Position numbers and translations under genes: made by a program. Source: a virus (lineage: Duplodnaviria > Caudoviricetes). From it: a stretch of DNA of 25,754 nt. Shown here piece by piece: positions 7,625 through 15,026 of this stretch. Numbering within the stretch: the first letter of the stretch is position 1; each line of letters starts with the position of its first letter. Under the pieces are notes generated by a model. The model made no database searches, was not told the DNA's origin, and saw only the letters and a program-made list of their open reading frames with translations. The stretch lies in the IMG/VR virus record IMGVR_UViG_3300014656_000116, positions 1-25,754 of that record; one strand, 5' to 3'.

Positions 7625-9859
7625 CTATGCCTTCATATAGGTTATAGTTATCGTTATTTTGCCTTGGGCACCCGCTCCCGAGATTATATGTGTGATATCA
7701 TTATCCTCGGTAAAGGTAACTCTTGGCGTAGCAGCAGTTGTTACTATCGGGTTTTGGCAGGCTGACTCTCCCCAGAAGGCATCGGTGGTGGTGTTAAAAC
7801 CATTCTCACCCGGGTCTGCCGTCAGGTTATATGCATCGAGGTCAGCTTGAGGTCCGACCATGATAGTCAGTGTAGTCGTGTTGTCGGAATTAAACGCCTC
7901 AAGGTAATCGAACTTGACCGACTTAATTATTGAGCCGGCAGGGATAGCGGTACCAAAGTCGGCATGGCCTGTAGCCCCACCATCATCAACAATGTCGTCC
8001 GAGTGAGTTATATTTTTGGTGATAGACACCACATCGCCAGGAACAACGAGGTCACGTCCTGCCATCTGAGCCAGTTTTTTAGTTATACGTATAACCTCGG
8101 TGTTGTTAAAAGCATAGTTTACTCCAGTAAAGAACCCTAAATCGCCGCCCCAATAAGTAGTACTTAGTCTCATCACATAGTTGACGAGTGGAGTAGCCGT
8201 CACTGTTCCCTGCCCTGCTATATACCCGACACGAACCCCATTCACATAAATCATGTGGCAATTATTTGTCTCGTCTTTAATGGCTACGATTACAAGTATA
8301 TCTCCAGCGTCAAAGGGGTATGAGCCGTAAGCGTTTCTGGTAGATGCTGAACCTGTTCCATCCATATAAAGAGTTATACGGTCATCCCCCCATTGCTCAA
8401 TCTTTAGCATATCCGTTCCATCAGTAGCAGCGAATAAGACATGAGTATTGGTATCGTCGGACTCAAAGTTTGGTTTGATAACAAAGATTAAAGATAGGTC
8501 GCCGCCGATGGTCAAATTGTCTGTTATTCTGGCTGCCTCGTCTGTTCCATTGAAGTATAGGCCTCCAAATCGGCCTATGGTTGTCCAGTTGCTGGAGTCA
8601 CACTGGAGGTTCTCTCCGTTGCCACTAATATCCGATACATTACTCCCGCTACCGTCTAAGAATGGAAATATAAAGGTAGCCTCATCCAAGCCCAGGTGAG
8701 AGCCGAGTAATACATCCTGAGCAATTACACCTAAGTCCTCCAATATGAAGGGGATGCCACCATCACTGCCTCGTGTTCCAAGAATATTAGCCTCGCCAAA
8801 ATCAAAGGCCATTCTGGTATCTGCCGCAGTAAGCCCACGCTGGTAAACTATAAAGTTGGAGTTAGCGGTAGTCTGTGAAAAACTACCTCTCTGCAAGTCT
8901 ATCTGCACCCAGTTTTTAGTTCCGTTTGCCCCAAAACGAACTGGATGTACGCTACTACCAGGCTCAACATATCCGATAAAGATGTTTTCCTTGGAGTTGC
9001 AATCTATACCACCATATTCTTGCAGGGTGCCGTCGAGATTGAGTCCGGTGAATATTTGGTTATCGAGGTTATTGTAAGTAGAATTGTCGTTTTGGATTAC
9101 CAAGCAGTAGTTAGTCTGCCAGACATCCAAGCCATCGACTCTAACCTTGTTTATCCAGCTAGATTGAGAGCCATCGGTAGAAGCTCCCCAGATATGGAAG
9201 CCATAATCGAAACTTGATATGCGGATGTTTTTGAAAGTGGCCCCCTCTGGGATTGCCTGATAGGTAGAACTATCTCCCTGGGCCAGTTTCATTAAGATAG
9301 CCGTGCCTTGCTGAGTCGTGCTTTTCAGATGCACATTCTCAATGTAGTTGTTAGTCTGGTTGCCCGATTGGGCTGTGCTGGTAGCATCAAAGGTGATAAC
9401 TGCGCTAGAATAGCTGGCTACACCGGCAACATTTATCTCACCCCCTGACAGAGCTCCCTCACGATAGAGCTTGATTACGTCAATATCGGAGTTTGCTTTT
9501 ATTACTGAGCCTTTTTCAAGTATTAGATGGTCTTTTGCGCCAATATCCAGGGTTGCGTTCACAGTGAAGTCGCCGCCCCTGAGGATGACATCTCCTGTGC
9601 CTGCATCCAGGGCGGCCTGAATCTCGACATCGTCGTTGACACCATCCACGAGAGCCACCGCATCCCCGAAAATTGCGTCAAATACCTGGGCCATGCTGCG
9701 CTCTATGCCCGTTACATTTGCGGAGAAAACGATAGCGGAGCCGGGCAGTATCCCAACCGAGCGCACCCAGTAGGCGCCGATGCTTGCCAGCCCGCCAGCC
9801 AGCATCATGACAAGTAAAAAGACGCTTAATATCTTAAACCATGTTTGCTTGAGGTTCAT
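7625..9859 (-). CDS. Membrane-anchored or secreted multidomain protein: signal/TM, pectate-lyase-like beta-helix, LamG, C-terminal jelly-roll domain
   Basis: N-terminus MNLKQTWFKILSVFLLVMMLAGGLASIGA; beta-helix cap DGVNDDVEIQAALDA..GDVILRGG; LamG motifs DGSGSNVSDISGNG, LYFNGTD, IYVNG; C-terminal IPAGSII..V...AFN...GKITITITY. GGAGG RBS. Confidence 0.7.
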   Translation of the reverse strand: MNLKQTWFKILSVFLLVMMLAGGLASIGAYWVRSVGILPGSAIVFSANVTGIERSMAQVFDAIFGDAVALVDGVNDDVEIQAALDAGTGDVILRGGDFTVNATLDIGAKDHLILEKGSVIKANSDIDVIKLYREGALSGGEINVAGVASYSSAVITFDATSTAQSGNQTNNYIENVHLKSTTQQGTAILMKLAQGDSSTYQAIPEGATFKNIRISSFDYGFHIWGASTDGSQSSWINKVRVDGLDVWQTNYCLVIQNDNSTYNNLDNQIFTGLNLDGTLQEYGGIDCNSKENIFIGYVEPGSSVHPVRFGANGTKNWVQIDLQRGSFSQTTANSNFIVYQRGLTAADTRMAFDFGEANILGTRGSDGGIPFILEDLGVIAQDVLLGSHLGLDEATFIFPFLDGSGSNVSDISGNGENLQCDSSNWTTIGRFGGLYFNGTDEAARITDNLTIGGDLSLIFVIKPNFESDDTNTHVLFAATDGTDMLKIEQWGDDRITLYMDGTGSASTRNAYGSYPFDAGDILVIVAIKDETNNCHMIYVNGVRVGYIAGQGTVTATPLVNYVMRLSTTYWGGDLGFFTGVNYAFNNTEVIRITKKLAQMAGRDLVVPGDVVSITKNITHSDDIVDDGGATGHADFGTAIPAGSIIKSVKFDYLEAFNSDNTTTLTIMVGPQADLDAYNLTADPGENGFNTTTDAFWGESACQNPIVTTAATPRVTFTEDNDITHIISGAGAQGKITITITYMKA

Positions 9860-9869
9860 ATCTGCCTCC

Positions 9870-10145
9870 CTATTTCTTCATGTTGCTGATTTGTTTCATA
9901 CCATCGTCAATGCCCCAACCGGCTAGCAAGGCGGTAATAGCCAACGTTATAATTCCGCTTCCGGTAATGATAATATCTGCGGACATCATACTGGCCCCGA
10001 CTGCGGAGGCGGCAAAGATAGAAGGAATCAGAGTAGAACTAAATTTGCGCCAGTTGAACTTTTCCCCACTATTCAGCCAGCCCCAAAAAGCTCTAACTAT
10101 GCTGCCGAAAAGAACTCCCCCGATTGTTACTGCTGGTATAATCAT
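9870..10145 (-). CDS. Holin-like membrane protein (about 3 TM)
   Basis: 91 aa, three hydrophobic stretches, loop SGEKFNWRKF, basic C-terminus. AAGGAGG RBS. Confidence 0.6.
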   Translation of the reverse strand: MIIPAVTIGGVLFGSIVRAFWGWLNSGEKFNWRKFSSTLIPSIFAASAVGASMMSADIIITGSGIITLAITALLAGWGIDDGMKQISNMKK

Positions 10146-10156
10146 GCTTTCCTCCT

Positions 10157-11881
10157 TTATTCTCTGACACCGAGTATGGTTACTGTGCCATTTTCTCCTG
10201 CGGTAACATTTTTGAAATACAACGTAGAAATGTCTATCTTCGATATGGCTATTCCAGTGCCAGGGAAAACCAGAGTCCTCTGATTGCTGGAATCACCGAA
10301 GTATTGAGCGTAGTCCTCAACCTGAATCAGGCAATCCCTTAGTTTTAAGCTGGCAGTCTCAAACCGCCTGGCGGTATCGGCGGCCGCAGTGTCGCTATTT
10401 TCATAAACCTTGCCGCTGAAGTGTTCTAACTCTGCCTGGCTGGGCTCCAGATGTATAACGACGCCATTTATCTTGATGTCGGCTACCCAAGCATCCTCAA
10501 AAGTGCCGGAGGCTTCCCACCCATATTCAAAGGTAATACGATAGATAGTCCAGGTATTGAAAAGCTCATCTGCGATGAAGTCGTCCAGACCATAGTAATT
10601 TGGAGGCCCGGCGGTCAGATTGGTATTCGTAGTTCCCTCGCCATAGAAAAAGAACTGGTCAGTCGAAGGATTGAGCACGTGCTTATTCCAACCTGATGCT
10701 TTTTCCAAGCCTGAAATGCCACCAAGCTGAGTGATTTCAGCCCTATTGTCTGGGTTAAATGGGTCATGCACCCAGATAACCATGTTGACGCCCATACTCT
10801 CAGCGTTAGTCATGTAGTAAGTCCACATGGCTGTCTTGAGGTCAACCAGATGCATCTCATTAACCGGAATATTTACTCTCGCCCAGTCGTCTCCAGTCTG
10901 TACGCCACCATACAGTCGGGCGAGCCAACCAGTAGAGCTTTTCTGGTCAAGCGGTGATGTTTCCCCACGCACCCAACTAGCAGCACCGTTATTAACTGCC
11001 GCTAGCGTTGGCTTCCCGAAAAAGCTAGCATCCCGCTTTTCAATCTCGACGATTTCGCTTGGAGCAGGATGCCATTCCACTGGCACGCCGTTTATCTTGG
11101 GAGCGTCAATCCAGACATCGCCGGCGGAACGGGTACTACCCCAGTAGCCAATCATTATCTGGATTCTATAGATTACCCAGTTTTTGAATACCTGGTCGGT
11201 TATGTACTCAGACCAGTATCCATCAGCGCCTTCCGCTGGAGCAGTGTCGTGGGTGCCGGTATTATTGCCGTACCAGTAGACACGCTCGGTAGCATCCTCA
11301 TTGGTCATAATGTATTTATACCAGCCGGCTTCAACAGGTCTATTAGCCAGACCGTCAGACATGAAGATGTTATTATCAATTGCGTAGGTATTAAAATCAA
11401 CTCGCTTGGAGTGGTCATCTGGGTCATAAGCTGAGAACACCAGGTTAGGGCCAATGTCCAGTATATGAGATGAGCCGTTATAGTGAGCATACCAATCGTA
11501 GGCAATGCTCTTAATATCGGAGACTTTTAATTCATTCACAGGGATAGAAACAGAGGCCCAGGATTCCTCGCTAGCCTGTGGGCCGCCATTCAGGTGAACA
11601 ACCCAGTTCCCATACCGGAAATGGCGGTTTGTGTCATAGCTATCTTTGAATTTAGCTTGCAGAGCCTTGCGCTCCCATTGCCCCCAGCCTTCGTTATCGC
11701 ACCTGATTTCAGGCTGCCCGAATAACCACTGAGCCTGTCTTACCCCACCATATCTATCAAGGGAAGCAGCGTTATAATCCTCTTTATCGTCAGTGATTAT
11801 ACTAGGGATATGCTTTCTGAGAGCAAGCCCTAAAACATTTTCGGAGGGTTTAAGCCCTGTCTTAAACGTTGGGTCCGGCAT
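10157..11881 (-). CDS. Putative virion protein with a tandem-duplicated beta-sandwich (lectin/CBM-like) domain
   Basis: Two roughly 200-225 aa copies sharing FG.P, W...L.GG.Q, WA.V.IPVNE, DP....R, GW.K, YG, W.IYRI, D.W....KINGV. AAGGAGGT RBS. Confidence 0.6.
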   Translation of the reverse strand: MPDPTFKTGLKPSENVLGLALRKHIPSIITDDKEDYNAASLDRYGGVRQAQWLFGQPEIRCDNEGWGQWERKALQAKFKDSYDTNRHFRYGNWVVHLNGGPQASEESWASVSIPVNELKVSDIKSIAYDWYAHYNGSSHILDIGPNLVFSAYDPDDHSKRVDFNTYAIDNNIFMSDGLANRPVEAGWYKYIMTNEDATERVYWYGNNTGTHDTAPAEGADGYWSEYITDQVFKNWVIYRIQIMIGYWGSTRSAGDVWIDAPKINGVPVEWHPAPSEIVEIEKRDASFFGKPTLAAVNNGAASWVRGETSPLDQKSSTGWLARLYGGVQTGDDWARVNIPVNEMHLVDLKTAMWTYYMTNAESMGVNMVIWVHDPFNPDNRAEITQLGGISGLEKASGWNKHVLNPSTDQFFFYGEGTTNTNLTAGPPNYYGLDDFIADELFNTWTIYRITFEYGWEASGTFEDAWVADIKINGVVIHLEPSQAELEHFSGKVYENSDTAAADTARRFETASLKLRDCLIQVEDYAQYFGDSSNQRTLVFPGTGIAISKIDISTLYFKNVTAGENGTVTILGVRE

Positions 11882-11900
11882 TGTTTTCTACCTCCTTATT

Positions 11901-12020
11901 TTACAGGCATTTCTCATGCCTATAGGCTTTCTTCCCATTTCCCCTTATCTTGCCGTGATAAAAGGGGACTGGTTCGCCTTTTATTGCTTTCCGGCACAAA
12001 GCACATATTTCTTTTGCCAT
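11901..12020 (-). CDS. Micro Zn-finger protein, 39 aa, not in the ORF track
   Basis: MAKEICALCRKAIKGEPVPFYHGKIRGNGKKAYRHEKCL (CxxC...HxxC); AGGAG RBS just after a promoter. Confidence 0.6.
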   Translation of the reverse strand: MAKEICALCRKAIKGEPVPFYHGKIRGNGKKAYRHEKCL

Positions 12021-12036
12021 TTCTCTTTGTCTCCTA

Positions 12037-12942
12037 CTAAGCTATTATACCACAGGGCTTTTTACTCAAGTCAGCAGAGGCCGCAAGACATCTCACTCCT
12101 TTCCCTTCAAACTCTACATTCTCAAAATGCACTCTGTTTTTCCAAAGATTGAGTTTCAGAGTATCTATTGTTTCAGGTCTTGCCATAAGCACCATATAGC
12201 CCCCGCCACCCGCGCCGGTGAGTTTGCCCCCGATTGCCCCCCATTTCAAACAGGCGTAGTAAAAATCCTTAATCCACTCTGGAGCTACCAGAGGAGAGAA
12301 GCGCATTTTGCTGTGCCAGGCAGCATCAAGCAGTCTCCCGAAGCCTGTAAAATCACTATTCGCAAGATGGCTAACCATCTCACCAGCAATAGTTTTCTGT
12401 TCATGTAGTGCCTCGAGATTCATACGTGTATTCTGGTCTTTGATGATGTCCTGGCCCTGGTGGTTTCGTTTTCCCAGATAGACCAGCAGTAGCAGTTCGG
12501 CAAGGCCATGAGGGATTGGCAATTGAACAAGTTTAACCCTGCTTGTTATCTCCAGGTAATTCAGCCCGCCGAAAGCGGCCATATACTGGTCTTGTATCCC
12601 GCCAGCCACGCCCATGACATCGCGTTCCAGGTGAAAAGCAAGTTGAGCAATCTGCCGTTTGGTAAGTGAAGGTTGAACGGCCTTTATACCGGCCACGAAA
12701 CAGGCAGCGGAGCCGCCAAGCCCACTCATAGGCTTCACCTCGGTTCTGACACTCAGGCTTGCACAATTAAAATGCCCGCATATCGTATCTTCCAAAGGAT
12801 TGGAGGAATCGCTAGGGTAATGTGCTATCGCATACTTGGTTATGGAAGCGGAGAGTACCGCGCCGCCATATTCCAGGCAGTAAGGCTGAATATCAGTACC
12901 GCCGCCAGCGAATGATATTCTGAGAGGGGCTATGGTTATCAT
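12037..12942 (-). CDS. hddA: GHMP-family sugar kinase, HddA-like (D-glycero-alpha-D-manno-heptose-7-phosphate kinase family)
   Basis: APLRISFAGGGTD, SGLGGSAA, GG.QDQY.AAFGG.N, W..K, GA.GGKLTGAGGGG. Confidence 0.85.
   Translation of the reverse strand: MITIAPLRISFAGGGTDIQPYCLEYGGAVLSASITKYAIAHYPSDSSNPLEDTICGHFNCASLSVRTEVKPMSGLGGSAACFVAGIKAVQPSLTKRQIAQLAFHLERDVMGVAGGIQDQYMAAFGGLNYLEITSRVKLVQLPIPHGLAELLLLVYLGKRNHQGQDIIKDQNTRMNLEALHEQKTIAGEMVSHLANSDFTGFGRLLDAAWHSKMRFSPLVAPEWIKDFYYACLKWGAIGGKLTGAGGGGYMVLMARPETIDTLKLNLWKNRVHFENVEFEGKGVRCLAASADLSKKPCGIIA
12042..12056 (-). promoter_or_regulatory. Extended -10 promoter within the last codons of the kinase gene
   Basis: Minus strand CCTGTGGTATAATAG (TATAAT at 12044-12049). 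Confidence 0.65.
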
Positions 12943-13097
12943 TGGTTTCTGCGAGCATCATCACACAAAAATTCCAGCTTATCGGAGCAATCACCCAGCT
13001 TAGCCGCTATTATTTCCAGCAAATAGATGATTTTCTTATTCTGTTCTTGCTGAGGGTCTACAGGCTTAATCGTTCGTTTCGTTCCCTTTGCAGTCAT
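12939..13097 (-). CDS. Small helical protein, 52 aa, not in the ORF track
   Basis: MTAKGTKRTIKPVDPQQEQNKKIIYLLEIIAAKLGDCSDKLEFLCDDARRNQ; ATGA overlaps at both ends link the glycosyltransferase to the kinase. Confidence 0.7.
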   Translation of the reverse strand: MTAKGTKRTIKPVDPQQEQNKKIIYLLEIIAAKLGDCSDKLEFLCDDARRNQ

Positions 13098-14971
13098 TTC
13101 TTTTTCCTCGCCAGCACAAATAGTTGAGTGCCTGTGTGGTAGGAGAGCGGATTCTCGTCAAAGCCCTCGGCCATTTTCTGAAATTCCGGTAATAGTTTAG
13201 GATTTCCAAACAGGCTATTATCATGCTTGAATAAGACATTAGGCACATTACCTCGCTTATCCAAAATCTCAAAGCCAGCAGTTCCCAGAAAGTCAATGAA
13301 TTGCTGAGGCGTCCAGCCTCTTACATGCTCCATGCCATCTATTGCCCATTCCAAGGCATTAGGAACTGTTACCAGCAATTCGCCTTGATTCCGCAACACC
13401 TTGATGATGTTTTTCATGGCCTTATCTGCGTCTTGCACATGCTCCAGCACATCCCGACAGATAACCATATCGAAGCTACGGCTATCAAATGGCAAATCTT
13501 CCACATTAGCTGCCATGATTCCTTCAACCTCATTGGGTATCAGGTCGCTTCTTACCAATTCCCTGGCTCCAATTTGCGATAGAAACTGCCCTTCGGTAGA
13601 CCGGGCCCCGCCGACAGCCAGTACCTTCTTGTACTGGCATCTTCCGTTCAGTATACGGAGGCATATCTCATTTCTGTTCTGCTCGAACCACATGCCAGCT
13701 TGATTAACCAGCAATTGCGGATGGTCTCTCCACGCTGCTTCTTTTTCCGCTTCCTCTGCGGCACGGCGCTTATAATACATCTCATAGGTATTTACGCCTT
13801 TGAACTGCTGCGGGTTTTTGAGTCTGTAAGCAATATTCTCAAGCTCCGGCTTCCAGTATTTCTCAAACACCAGCGGCTCAGAGTATTCCAATGCTTTCGC
13901 CCTGGCCTTTTGCTGCATCTTTATAATCGAGCCGTCTTTCTTGGCTTGGTAAGCCTTTTCCAGGAGCTCTACGACTTCTTCCACATTACAGTCGGCAGCC
14001 CATGAGTTCTGCTTGCTCCAGAAGTATCTGAGATTCTCAATGAACCAACCGCCGCCCATGAGTTCTCTCATAGCGGTAAATCGCGGGATTATCACGGGAA
14101 CACCGCACGATTGCGCCTCAATTATGGGCACACCGAAACCCTCACCCTTTGATGGTAGCAGGAAAACGTCCATGCTGTTATAGGCATTGGATAGAGTAGC
14201 CTTATCAATGCCGATGTTAAACTCAATCCGTTTGGGACAATGGGTGATTTCACCGATTCCCAGTTCCGCCCTCAAAGCATTGAGATTTATGCCTCTTTCA
14301 TCGAGCGGATTGGTGTGCATATAGTAGATAGCCTCACCCGGATGATGCTCCGCGAATATTTTGAACGCCTGTAGAGACACGTTCCAGTTTTTGCGCTCAT
14401 CATGGTTGGTGGCTACAGTGCCTATGACAAATTTATTCTCCCAGTTATAGACCTTGCGCCAGTAGTCTCTGTTTTCCTGTCTGGGCGCAAATATGTCCGT
14501 GTTGGTAGGATGAGAAATATAGCCGGCATCAATATGATGCTCTCGGAGTTGCTCCTGACCGAATCTGGCCTCACAAAGTACCTTAAAAATATTGGGGGAT
14601 TCTATAATTGCCTTGAGAGTGGCTGGAGGCACCGGTTCATGGTCTATCGGCACTATGGGACACCATTTTATTTCGGCATTTTGCCCCTGTCCCATTCCCC
14701 CTTCTCGGAGCACCCAGATATCAACGAGTGATATGAGAAAATCGGCCTTAAAGTAATCATAGTACATCTTAGCGTCAGTAGTACCCCAATCACGGGGGTT
14801 ATTAGGGAAGATGGGAATATCTCCCCAGTCAATCTTCGTGCCTTCAAGACCATAGAAGGCAAAGATAGCCACGTCATGACCCATTTGTTTAAGATTAACT
14901 GCGATGGAAGCTGTGGTTTGGCCGTAGCCAGTCGAACAAAAAGGGGAATTGGATTGTATGATTAGTCTCAA
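13094..14971 (-). CDS. GT4 (GT-B) glycosyltransferase fused to a class I SAM-dependent methyltransferase
   Basis: TGYG, RKN, YN.MDVFLLPSKGEGFGVPIIEAQSCGVPVI (GT4 Ex7E); C-terminal VLAVGGA, DLPFDSRSFDMVICRDVLEHV, L...G.L.VTVPN. TTG start with AAGGAG RBS. Confidence 0.9.
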   Translation of the reverse strand: MRLIIQSNSPFCSTGYGQTTASIAVNLKQMGHDVAIFAFYGLEGTKIDWGDIPIFPNNPRDWGTTDAKMYYDYFKADFLISLVDIWVLREGGMGQGQNAEIKWCPIVPIDHEPVPPATLKAIIESPNIFKVLCEARFGQEQLREHHIDAGYISHPTNTDIFAPRQENRDYWRKVYNWENKFVIGTVATNHDERKNWNVSLQAFKIFAEHHPGEAIYYMHTNPLDERGINLNALRAELGIGEITHCPKRIEFNIGIDKATLSNAYNSMDVFLLPSKGEGFGVPIIEAQSCGVPVIIPRFTAMRELMGGGWFIENLRYFWSKQNSWAADCNVEEVVELLEKAYQAKKDGSIIKMQQKARAKALEYSEPLVFEKYWKPELENIAYRLKNPQQFKGVNTYEMYYKRRAAEEAEKEAAWRDHPQLLVNQAGMWFEQNRNEICLRILNGRCQYKKVLAVGGARSTEGQFLSQIGARELVRSDLIPNEVEGIMAANVEDLPFDSRSFDMVICRDVLEHVQDADKAMKNIIKVLRNQGELLVTVPNALEWAIDGMEHVRGWTPQQFIDFLGTAGFEILDKRGNVPNVLFKHDNSLFGNPKLLPEFQKMAEGFDENPLSYHTGTQLFVLARKKK

Positions 14972-14988
14972 AATACTCTCCTTACTGA

Positions 14989-15016
14989 TAAGGGGGTGAG
15001 TTACCCCACCCCCTTA
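14989..15016 (-). terminator. Strong stem-loop after the capsid gene (leaky terminator or mRNA stabiliser)
   Basis: Minus strand TAAGGGGGTGGG-GTAA-CTCACCCCCTTA: 12 bp stem with one G-U pair, GNRA loop, no long U tract. Confidence 0.65.
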
Positions 15017-15026
15017 ACTAGCATTT

